DNA of 63,401 bases, the filler included, from Octopus bimaculoides (Eukaryota), in NCBI RefSeq assembly GCF_001194135.2. It is 5 parts of 4 records of this genome, joined end to end, with 100 filler letters (N's around TTAATTAATTAA, not from the genome) between each part and the next. Parts side by side here need not be neighbours in the genome. Positions count along the whole stretch, not along the records: positions 48,374 to 61,942 come from NC_069006.1; positions 62,043 to 63,401 come from NW_026412397.1; 3 more parts are not named here. One strand, 5' to 3'. Within the stretch, counting starts at the first letter, position 1. Each line of letters opens with the position of its first letter. Of the stretch, positions 51,301-63,401 are shown in pieces. The notes beneath the pieces were generated by a model, which saw only the letters and a program-made list of their open reading frames with translations, had not been told where the DNA came from and did no database searches. Position numbers and translations under genes: made by a program.

Positions 51301-54300
51301 TCGTTCGTACATACGTTCGTTCGTTCGTTCTTTCGTTTGTTCTCACGTATGTTCGTACGTTCGTTTGTACGTTATTTCCTTCGTACGTTCCTTCGTTCGT
51401 ACGTACGTACTATCGTTGGTACGTACGTACGTACGTTCGTTCATATNNNNNNNNNNNNNNNNNNNNNNNNNNNNNNNNNNNNNNNNNNNNNNNNNNNNNN
51501 NNNNNNNNNNNNNNNNNNNNNNNNNNNNNNNNNNNNNNNNNNNNNNNNNNNNNNNNNNNNNNNNNNNNNNNNNNNNNNNNNNNNNNNNNNNNNNNNNNNN
51601 NNNNNNNNNNNNNNNNNNNNNNNNNNNNNNNNNNNNNNNNNNNNNNNNNNNNNNNNNNNNNNNNNNNNNNNNNNNNNNNNNNNNNNNNNNNNNNNNNNNN
51701 NNNNNNNNNNNNNNNNNNNNNNNNNNNNNNNNNNNNNNNNNNNNNNNNNNNNNNNNNNNNNNNNNNNNNNNNNNNNNNNNNNNNNNNNNNNNNNNNNNNN
51801 NNNNNNNNNNNNNNNNNNNNNNNNNNNNNNNNNNNNNNNNNNNNNNNNNNNNNNNNNNNNNNNNNNNNNNNNNNNNNNNNNNNNNNNNNNNNNNNNNNNN
51901 NNNNNNNNNNNNNNNNNNNNNNNNNNNNNNNNNNNNNNNNNNNNNNNNNNNNNNNNNNNNNNNNNNNNNNNNNNNNNNNNNNNNNNNNNNNNNNNNNNNN
52001 NNNNNNNNNNNNNNNNNNNNNNNNNNNNNNNNNNNNNNNNNNNNNNNNNNNNNNNNNNNNNNNNNNNNNNNNNNNNNNNNNNNNNNNNNNNNNNNNNNNN
52101 NNNNNNNNNNNNNNNNNNNNNNNNNNNNNNNNNNNNNNNNNNNNNNNNNNNNNNNNNNNNNNNNNNNNNNNNNNNNNNNNNNNNNNNNNNNNNNNNNNNN
52201 NNNNNNNNNNNNNNNNNNNNNNNNNNNNNNNNNNNNNNNNNNNNNNNNNNNNNNNNNNNNNNNNNNNNNNNNNNNNNNNNNNNNNCTACGTACGTTTGTT
52301 CGTTCGTACGTACATACATTCGTTCGTTCGTACTTACGTGCGTTCGTTTTTTGTTCGTTCGTACGTACGTACTATCGTTCGTACGTACGTACTATCGTTC
52401 GTGCGTACATACGTATGTACGTAAGTTTATTCTTTCTTACGTAAGTTCGTTCATTCAATTGTTCACTTGCTCGTTCGTTCTTTTGTTCTTTCGTACATAA
52501 GTTCGTTCGTAGTTCTTTCATTCGTTTGTTCGTTCGTACATTCGTTCCTTCGTTTGTTCGTACGTACGTACGTTCGTTCGTTCGTACTTTCGTTCCTTCG
52601 TACGTACGTTCTTTCCTTCGTTCGTACGTTCGTTCGTTCTTACGTACGTTCGTTAGTACGTACGTACGTTCGTTTTTTTGTTCGTTCGCACGTACGTTAG
52701 TTCGTACGTACGTTTGTTCCTTCATTACGTTCGTTCGTTCGTACGTACGTTTGTTCATCCGTACGTACATACATTCGTTCGTTCGTACTTACGTTCGTTC
52801 GTTCCTTCATTACGTTCCTTCCTTCGTTCGTACTATCGTTCGTTCGTAAGTTTATTCGTACTACGTTCGTTCGTACCTTTGTTTGTTCGTTCGTTCTTTC
52901 GTTCGTACGTTCGTTCGTTCGTACATACGTTCGTTTTTACTTTCGTTCGTACGTACATTCATTCGTTCGTACGTACGTTCGTTCGTACGTTGGTACGTAC
53001 GTTTGTTCGTACGTACATTCGTTCGCTCGTACTTCCTTTCGTTCGTACTTACGTACGTACGTTCGTTCGTTCGTTCGTTTGTTCGTTCGTTTGTTCGTAC
53101 GTACGTTCCTTTGTACGTATATACGTATGTTCGTTCGTGCGTACGTTCGTGCATACGTACGTTCGCTCGTTTGTTCGTACGTAAGTCCGCTCGTTCGTTC
53201 CTTCGTTCGTTCGTACGTTCGTTCGTACGTACGTACGTTCGGTCGTTCGTTCTTCATTCGTTCGTATGTACGTAAGTTCGTTCGTTCGTACGTTCATTCG
53301 TTTGTTTGTACATTCGTTCATTCGCTTCATTTGTTTGTTCGTTCGTTCCTTCATACGTACGTTCGTTGTTTTGTTCTTTCGTTTGTGCGTATGTACATTT
53401 GTTCGTTCGTACGTACTTTCGTACGTACTATTGTTCGTTCCTTTTTACGTTCGTTCGTACGTACGTGCGTTCGTTTGTACGTACGTACGTTTGTTCGTTC
53501 TGTGGTTCGTTCGTTCTTTCATTCGTTTGTTCGTACGTTCGGTCGTAAGTAAGTTCGTACCTTCGTTCGTTCGTACGTACATACGTACGTTCGTTCGTAC
53601 GTACGTAAGTTTATTCGTTCGTACATTCGTTCAATTAATCATTCGTTCGTTCATACGTACGTTCGTTGGTTCTTTTGTCCGTACGTTCGTTCGTTCGTAC
53701 ATATGTATGTACATAAGTTTATTCTTTCTTACGTAAGTTCGTTCTTTCAATTGTTCACTTGCTCGTTCGTTCTTTTGTTCTTTAGTACATACGTTCGTTC
53801 GTTCGTACGTTCTTTCATTCGTTTGTTCGTACGCACGTACGTTCGTTCGTACATTCGTTCCTTCGTTTGTTCGTACGTACGTACGTTCGTTCGTTCGTAC
53901 ATTCGTTCCTTCGTTCGTACGTACGTTCTTTCCTTCGTTCGTACGTTCGTTCTTTCGTACATACGTACGTTCGTTAGTATGTACGTGCGTTCGTTTTTTT
54001 GTTCGTTTGCACGTACGTTCGTTCGTACGTACGTTTGTTCCTTCATTACGTTCGTTCGTACGTACGTTTGTTCGTGCGTACGTTCGTTAGTATGTTCGTT
54101 CGTACATACGTTCATTCGTTCGTTCTTTCGTTTGTTCTCACGTATGTTCGTACGTTCATTTGTACGTTATTTCCTTCGTACATTCCTTCGTTCGTACGTA
54201 CGTACTATCATTCGTACGTACGTACTATCGTTCGTACGTACGTACTATCGTTCGTTCGTTCATACGTATGTACGTAAGTTTATTTTTTCTTACGTAAGTT

Positions 54301-57300
54301 CGTTCGTTCAATTGTTCACTTGCTCGTTCGTTCTTTTGTTCTTTCGTACATACGTTCGTTCGAACGTACGTTTGTTCCTTCATTACGTTCGTTCGTTCGT
54401 TCGTACGTACGTACGTACATACATTCGTTCGTTCGTACTTACGTGCGTTCGTTTTTTTGTTCGTTCGCACGTACGTTCGTTCGTACGTACGTTTGTACCT
54501 TCATTACGTTCGTTCGTTCATACGTACGTTCCCTCGTTCTTTTGTCCGTACGTACGTACGTTCGTTCGTATGTTCGTTCGTACATACGTTCGTTCGTTCG
54601 TTCTTTCGTTTGTTCTCACGTATGTTCGTACGTTCGTTTGTACGTTATTTCCGTCGTACGTTCCTTCGTTCGTACGTACGTACTATCGTTCGTTCGTACA
54701 TACGTATGTACGTAAGTTTATTCTTTCTTACGTAAGTTCGTTCGTTCAATTGTTCACTTGCTCGTTCGTTCTTTTGTTCTTTCGTACATACGTTCGTTCG
54801 TTCGTACGTTCTTTCATTGGTTTGTTCGTACGCACGTTCGTTCGTACATTCGTTCCTTCGTTTGTTCGTACGTTCGTTCGTTCGTACGTTCGTTCCTTCG
54901 TTCGTACGTACGTTATTTCCTTCGTTCGTACGTTCGTTCTTTCGTACTTACGTACGTACGTTAGTATGTACGTGCGTTCGTTTTTTTGTTCGTTCGCACG
55001 TACGTTCGTTCGTACGTACGTTTGTTCCTTCATTACGTTCGTTCGTACGTTCGTTTGTTCGTTCGTACGTACATACCTTCGTTCGTTTGTTCATACGTAC
55101 GTTCCTTCGTTCTTTTGTCCGTACGTTTGTTCCTCTGTACGTACGTTCGTGCGTACGTTCGTTCGTATGTTCGTTCGTACATACGTTCATTCTTTTGTTC
55201 TTTCGTACATACTTTCGTTCGTACGTTCTTTCATTCGTTTGTTCGTACGCATGTACGTTCGTTCCTTCGTTCGTTCTTACGTATGTACGTTCGTTCGTTC
55301 GTACTTTCGTTCCTTCGTTCGTACGTACGTTCTTTCCTTCGTTCATACGTTCGTTCGTTCCTTCCTTCGTTCGTGCGTACGTTCGTGAATACGTACGTTC
55401 GCTCGTTTGTTCGTACGTAAGTACGCTCGTTCGCTCGTTCGTACGTTCATTCGTTTGTTTGTACATTCGTTCATTCGTTTCTTCATTTGTTTGTTCGTTC
55501 GTTTGTTTGTACATACGTACGTACTTTTGTTCGTATGTTCGTTCCTTCGTTACGTTCCTTCGTACGTACGTACTATCGTTCGTTTATACGTACGGACGTT
55601 CCTTCGTTTGTACGTACTTTCGAACGTACGTACGAAAGAACGAAGGAACGTACGTATGAACGAACGAATGAACAATTGAACGAACGTACGTACGTATGTA
55701 CAAACGAACGATAGTACGTACGTACGAAGGAACATAATGAAGGAGCGAAAGAAGGAACGAGCGTACTTACGTACGTACGTATGAACGAACGTACGCACGA
55801 ACGAACATACGTATATACGTACGAAGGAACGTACGTACGAACACACGAACGAAAGTACGAACGAATGGGCGTACGAACGAACGAAAGAACAAACGAACAA
55901 ACAAAGGTGCGAACGAACGTACGTACAGACGAACGAACGATCGGACAAAAGAACGAGGGAACGTACGTATGAACGAACGAATGAACAATTGAACGAACGT
56001 AGTACGAATAAACTTACGAACGAACGATAGTACGTACGAACGATGGAAGGAACGAACGAACATACGCACGAACGAACGTACGTGCGAACGAACAAACAAA
56101 CGAACGCACGTACGTACTAACGAACGTACGTAAGTACGAACGACGGAACGAATGTACGAACGAACGTACGTACGAACAAACGAAGGAACGAATGTACGAA
56201 CGAACGAACGTACGTGCGTACGAACAAACGAATGAAAGAACGTACGAACAAACGAGCGTATGTACGAAAGAACGAACGTACGAACGCACGAACAAAAGTA
56301 CGTACGAACATACAGACGACCTAACGGACAAAAGAACGAAGAAACGAACGTACGTACGAACGAACAAACGTACGTACGAAAGTACAAACGCACAAAAGAA
56401 TGAACAAACAAGAGAACGAACAATTAAACGATATTACGTACGTACGTAATTACGAACTAACGTACGAACGAACAAACGTACGTACGAACGAACGTATGAG
56501 CGAACGTACGAACAAACGAAGGAACGAACGTACGTACGATCAAACGCACGAACAAAAGAACGAACGTACGTATGAACGATTAAACTTACGTACGTACGTT
56601 TGCACGAACGAACGAGAGAACGACCGAACCAATGTACGAACGAACGTACGTACGCACGAACGTACGTACGAAGAACCTTACGCATGAACGAACGAACGAT
56701 AGTACGTACGTACGAACGAAGGAACGTACGAAGGAAATAACGTACAAACAAACGTACGAACATACGTGAGAATAAACGAAAGAACGAACGAACGTATGTA
56801 CGAACGAACATATGAACGAACGTACGCACTAACGTATGGACAAACGTACGGACAAAAGAACGAAGGAACGTACGTATGAACGAACGAACNNNNNNNNNNN
56901 NNNNNNNNNNNNNNNNNNNNNNNNNNNNNNNNNNNNNNNNNNNNNNNNNNNNNNNNNNNNNNNNNNNNNNNNNNNNNNNNNNNNNNNNNTACGTACGAAC
57001 GAATGAAGGAACGTACGAACATACGAACGAACAAACGAACGAACGAATGTACGTACGAACAAACGTACGTACCAACGTACGTATGAACGTACGAAAGAAC
57101 GAACTTACGTACATACGAACGAATGAAAGAACGAACGACCGAACGTACGTACGTACGTACGAACGAGCGAAGAAACGAACGAGAGTACTTACGTACGAAC
57201 AAACGACCGAACGTATGTATGAACGAACGTACGCACGAACGAACATACGTATATACGTACTTTCGTACGTTTGTTCGTTCGTACGTACGTTCGTTCTTTC

Positions 57301-60300
57301 GTTCGTACGTATGTTCGTACGTTCCTTCGTTCGTACGTACGTAAGTACTATCGTTCTTTCGTACATACGTACCTACGTAAGGAAAGAACATACGTACGAA
57401 CGAAGGAACGAATGTACGAACGAACGAACGTACGTACGTACGAACAAACGAAGGAACGAATGTACGAACGAACGAACATACGTGCGTACGAACAAACGAA
57501 TGAAAGAACGTACGAACGAACGAACGTATGTACGAAAGAACAAAAGAAAAGAACGAACGAACGTAATGAAGGAACAAACGTACGTACGAACGAACGTACG
57601 TGTGAACGAACAAAAAAACGAACGCACGTACGTACTAACGAACGAACGAACGAAGGAAAGAACGTACGTACGAACGAAGGAACGAATGTACGAACGAACG
57701 AACGTACGTACGTACGAACAAACGAAGGAACGAATGTACGAACGAACGAACATACGTGCGTACGAACAAACGAATGAAAGAACGTACGAACGAACGAACG
57801 TATGTACGAACGAACAAAAGAACGAACGAGCAAGTGAACAATTGAACGAACGAACTTACGTAAGAAAGAATAAACTTACGTACATACGTATGTACGAACG
57901 AAGGTACGTAATGAAGGAACGAACGAACGTACGAACATACGTACGAACGAAAGAACGAACGAACGTACGCATGAACGAACGAACAAACAATTGAACGAAC
58001 GAACAAACAATTGAACGAACGAACGTACGAACGAATAAACTTACGTAGGTACGTATGTACGAAAGAACGATAGTAGTTACGTACGTACGAACGAAGGAAC
58101 GTAATGAAGGATCGAACGAACGTACGTACGAACGAAAGAACGAACGTACGTACGAACGAGCAAACGTACGTACGAAAGTACAAACGAACAAAAGAATGAA
58201 CAAACGAACGTATAAACGAACGAACGTACGTATGAACGAACGAACAATTTAACGAACGAACGTACGAACGAATAAATTTACGTACGTACGTGTGCACGAA
58301 CGAACGAGAGAACGAACGAACCGATGTACGTACGAACGAACGAACGTACGTACAAACGAAGGAACGTACGTACGTATGAACGAACGCACGAACGTACGTA
58401 CGAAGAAACGTACGCATGAACGAACGAACGATAGTATGTACGTACGAACGTACGAAGGAAATAACGTACAAACGAACGTACGAACATACGTGAGAACAAA
58501 CGAAAGAACTAACGAACGAACGTATGTACGAACGAATGTACGTACGTACAGAGGAACAAACGTACGCACAAAAGAACGAAGGAACGTACGTATGAACGTA
58601 CGAACGAACGAACTTACGTACATACGAACGAATGAAAGAACGAACGACCGAACGTACGTACGTACGAACAAACGAGCGAACGTACGTATGAACGAACGTA
58701 CGCACGAACGAACATACGTATATACGTACGAAGGAACGTACGTACGAACAAACGAACGTATTACGAACGAACATACGTACGAACAAACGAACGAAAGAAC
58801 GAACGAACAAACGAACGTACGTACGCAAGTACGAACGAAAGGACGTAGGAACGAACAAATGTACGTACAAACAAACGTACGTACCAACGTACGAACGAAT
58901 GAATGTACTTACGNNNNNNNNNNNNNNNNNNNNNNNNNNNNNNNNNNNNNNNNNNNNNNNNNNNNNNNNNNNNNNNNNNNNNNNNNNNNNNNNNNNNNNN
59001 NNNNNNNNNNNNNNNNNNNNNNNNNNNNNNNNNNNNNNNNNNNNNNNNNNNNNNNNNNNNNNNNNNNNNNNNNNNNNNNNNNNNNNNNNNNNNNNNNNNN
59101 NNNNNNNNNNNNNNNNNNNNNNNNNNNNNNNNNNNNNNNNNNNNNNNNNNNNNNNNNNNNNNNNNNNNNNNNNNNNNNNNNNNNNNNNNNNNNNNNNNNN
59201 NNNNNNNNNNNNNNNNNNNNNNNNNNNNNNNNNNNNNNNNNNNNNNNNNNNNNNNNNNNNNNNNNNNNNNNNNNNNNNNNNNNNNNNNNNNNNNNNNNNN
59301 NNNAACGAATGTACGAACGAACGAACGTACGTACGTACGATCAAACGAAGGAACGAATGTACGAACGAACGAACGTACGTGCGTACGAACAAACGAATCA
59401 AAGAACGTACGAACGAACGAACGTATGTACGAAAGAACAAAAGAACGAACGAGCAAGTGAACAATTGAACGAACGAACTTACGTAAAAAAGAATAAACTT
59501 ACGTACATACGTATGTACTTACGTACGATAGTACTTACGTACGAACGAATGAACGTATTATGAACGAACGAACAATTTAACGATCGAACGTACGAACGAA
59601 TAATCTTACGTACGTACGTGTGCACGAACGAACGAGAGAACGAACGAACCGATGTACGTACGAACGAACGAACGTACAAACGTACAAACGAAGGATCGTA
59701 CGTACGTATGAACGAACGAGCGTACGTACGCATGAACGTACGTACGAAGTAACTTACGCATGTACGTACGAACAATAGTACGTACGTACGAACGAAGGAA
59801 CGTGCGAAGGAAATAACGTACAAACGAACGTACGAACATACGTGAGAACAAACGAAAGAACGAACGAACGAACATACGAACGAACGTACGCATGAACGTA
59901 CGTACGTACAGAGGAACAAACGTACGGAAAAAAGAACGAAGGAACGTACGTATGAACGAACGAACGAACAATTGAACGAACGAACAAACGTACATGCGCA
60001 CAAACGAACGAACAAAAGACCGAACGTATGAAGGAACGAAAGTACGTACGAATAAACTTACTACGTACGTATGTACAAACGAACGATAGTACGTACGAAC
60101 ATACGAACGAAAGTACGTACGAACGAACGTACGTACGTACGAACGAACGTACGTACGTATGTACAAACAAACAAACGAAGGAACGAACGAACGAACGAAT
60201 GTACAATCAAACGAACGAACGTACGTATGAACGTACGAACGAACGAACTTACGTACATACGAACGAATGAAAGAACGAACGACCGAACGTACGTACGTAC

Positions 60301-61942
60301 GAACGAACGTACGTACGTACGTACGAACGAGCGAAGGAACGAACGAGCGTACTTACGTACGAACAAACGAGCGAAGGTACGTATGAACGAACGTACGCAC
60401 GAACGAACATACGTATATACGTACGAAGGAACGTACGTACGAACAAACGAACGTATGTACGAACGAATATACGTATGAACAAACGAACGAAACAACGAAT
60501 GAACGTACGTACGTAAGTACGAATGAACGTATGTACGTACGAGCAAACGTACGTACCAACGTACAATCGAATGAATGTACGTACGAACGGACGAACGTAT
60601 AAACGAACGTATGTACGAACGAACAAACAAAGGTACGAACGAACGTAGTACGAACGAACGTAGTACGAATAAAATTACGAACGAACGATAGTAGGTACGA
60701 ACGAAGGAAGGAACGTAATGAGGGAACGAACGAACGTACGTAAGTACGAACGAACGAATGTATGTACGTACGAACGAACAAACGTACGTACGAACGAACG
60801 TACGTGCGAACGAACAAAAAAACGAACGCACGTACGTACTAACGAACGTACGTAAGTACGGACGAACGAACGAACGAACGTACGAACGAAGGAAAGAACG
60901 TACGTACGAACGAAGGAACCAATGTACGAACGAACGAACGTACGTACGAACGTACGAACAAACGAAGGAACGAATGTACGACGAACGAACGTACGTCCGT
61001 ACGAACAAACGAATGAAAGAACGTACGAACGAGCAAGTGAACAAGTGAACGAACGAACTTACGTAAGAAAGAATAAACTTACGTACATACGTATGTACGA
61101 ACGAACGATAGTACGTACGTACGAACGAAGGAACGTACGAAGGAACTAACGTACAAACGAACGTACGAACATACGTGAGAACAAACGAAAGAACGAACGA
61201 ACGAACGTATGTACGAACGAACATACGAACGAACGTACGCACGAACGTACGTACGTACGTACAGAGGAACAAACGTACGGACAAAAGAACGAAGGAACGT
61301 ACGTATGAACGAACGATTGAACAATTGAACGAACGTATGAAGGAACGAAAGTACGTACGAAGAAACTTACTACGTACGTATGTACAAACGAACGATAGTA
61401 CGTACGTACGAAGGAACGTGATGAAGGAACGAACGTACGAACATACGAACGAAAGTACGTACGAACGAACGTACGTACGTATGTACAAACAAACGAACGT
61501 ACGTTCGAACGAACGGACGAACAATCCAAACGAAGAAACGAACGAACGAACGAATGTACAAACAAACGAACGAACGTACGTATGAACGTACGAACGAACG
61601 AACTTACGTACATACGAACGAATGAAAGAACGAACGACCGAACGTACGTACGTACGAACGAACGTACGTACGTACGAACGAACGTACGTACAAACGAGCG
61701 AAGGAACGAATGAGCGTACTTACGTAAGAACAAACGAGCGAACGTACGTATGAACGAACGAACATACGTATGAATAAACGAACGAAAGAACGAACGAACG
61801 AACGTAGGTACGTAGATACGAACGAACGTAGGTACGTAGATACGAACGAAAGGACGTACGAACGAACGAATGTACGTACGAACAAACGTACGTACCAACG
61901 TACGAACGAACGTACGTACGAACGAATGAATGTACGTACGAC
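48374..61942. repeat. 13.6-kb CpG-rich tetranucleotide satellite (TACG/TTCG and variants) with higher-order structure and internal inversion
   Basis: All called bases are 4-mer variants. T-rich orientation 48374-~55620, A-rich orientation ~55620-61942. Several internal N gaps. Confidence 0.98.
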
Positions 61943-62042
61943 NNNNNNNNNNNNNNNNNNNNNNNNNNNNNNNNNNNNNNNNNNNNTTAATTAATTAANN
62001 NNNNNNNNNNNNNNNNNNNNNNNNNNNNNNNNNNNNNNNNNN

Positions 62043-62080
<38 letters not shown>

Positions 62081-62096
62081 CTGTGTCTGTGTTCAA

Positions 62097-62302
62097 TTGT
62101 TTCAGTCCTTAGATGCGGACATTCTGGTGCACCGTCTGGAAGGACTTTTAGTTGAATGACTAAATATTCGACCCAAGGAATTATCTTTAAATCTTGGTGC
62201 TGCTTATGCTATCGACCAATTTACATGGATGTAAACACAGCAACACCAGTTGTAAAACTGTGGAGCAGCTGGACACAGATACAAAGATACACGCGCGCGG
62301 AC

Positions 62303-62335
<33 letters not shown>

Positions 62336-62355
62336 TATATATGTGTGTGTGTATT

Positions 62356-62392
<37 letters not shown>

Positions 62393-62665
62393 ATGTAAAT
62401 ACACACACACACACATATGTGTGTGTGTGTGTATATATATGTACATGTTTGTACGTATAGTCAGATAGACAGAGATACAAACAGAGAGACACAGAGAGAC
62501 AGACAATCCGATAGATTCTTTCAGCTTTTGTCGCCCCAAATCCACTCACAAGGCGTTGGGTGGCCCGAGGCTATAGTGGAAGGCGTAAGTCGAAGTTACC
62601 ACGCAATGGGAATGAACCCAGAACCATGCGGTTGGGATGCAAGTTTCTAACCAAACAGCCACGCC
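62097..62665 (-). mobile_element. SINE family A copy with expanded internal microsatellites
   Basis: Tail at 62097-62260 and head at 62515-62665 both match family A. Confidence 0.8.
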
Positions 62666-63401
62666 TAAACACGCTATGCCTTGTATGTTAAATATAAATG
62701 CTAAATCTACCGTTCACTGAATTTGTTTGGATAGCTTCCAAATAACAGTTATATACTTTGAGTCCAGGTAAACAATGAAGTCACGCATCAATATCCGTCA
62801 AAATTATTTGCACAGCAGCAGAACCAAAATTATGATATGAAAACATTTAGTAAGCGTTCGAATAGTTTTTGAATACTGCAATTAACGTAGCTAAACTCGG
62901 TAAAATCCAAACTATATAAATTAGCAAAAAGAAACTCAACGCTTGATATAAGATACGATATCTGCTTCGTGGAAAGTATTATGCAGAAATTTATGATAAA
63001 AATACGTTGTTTTCGTCGTAGAACTGTTTTCAAGGAATATATTTAAATGAGTTACCGGTCGGTCAAGCATGAGATTTATAACATAAGGTTTAGCCATCTA
63101 GAAAGATAATGCAATAAATATGGCAAACTTTGATGAATTCAAGCCTTCAGTTTCTCAGTTTTGCTTAGCTGTAGGCTTATCCGAGGCTAACGTTTGATTC
63201 GCTAAACAGATCAAAATGTCGTAGAATATAATACGTTTTTTTTTGGTTGTGTTTTGTTTTTTTACCATAACACAAGTAATACTGATTATTTGCTGTCTCT
63301 CAAATTTTATTATTACTTACATTTCTCTTACTGAAATCATCTATCGTTTCTTACGTGACTACAGATTTAACTATTTATATCCCTCTTCATTCACAAATCA
63401 T

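Noticed and set aside
48474-61898. Very long ORFs (up to 1305 aa) of RSFV/RTYV or TNER/RTYV composition
   Set aside because: A 4-bp repeat without stop codons translates as a 4-residue cycle in every frame on both strands, and several ORFs run through N gaps. There is no evidence of coding.

Overview
Repeat-dense animal genomic DNA from a gapped short-read assembly. The SINE families and microsatellite load suggest an octopus (inference). The only well-supported protein-coding gene is the 5' part of an SHP2 tyrosine phosphatase orthologue (PTPN11/corkscrew) on the minus strand. Six coding exons were read by hand (human exons 1, 3, 4, 5, 6, 7), with GT-AG sites and phases matching the human gene. 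Exon 2 is not visible and is probably in a gap; exon 8 onward lies beyond position 1. The rest is several SINE families, two DD37D/maT-type Tc1-mariner relics and a related MITE, RTE, CR1-like, Tx1/L1 and Penelope-like fragments, and mini- and microsatellites. A 13.6-kb CpG-rich tetranucleotide satellite (48374-61942) is bounded by artificial 100-bp scaffold spacers. Best leads: (1) a type I hammerhead ribozyme with a complete core in intron 3, antisense to SHP2; (2) the TACG/TTCG higher-order satellite with an internal head-to-head inversion; (3) a SINE whose 3' tail matches the 3' end of the Tx1-type LINE in this window; (4) AP-1 and E-box homotypic arrays around the SHP2 5' end; (5) wild-type SHP2 residues equivalent to human variants N58S and L261H.
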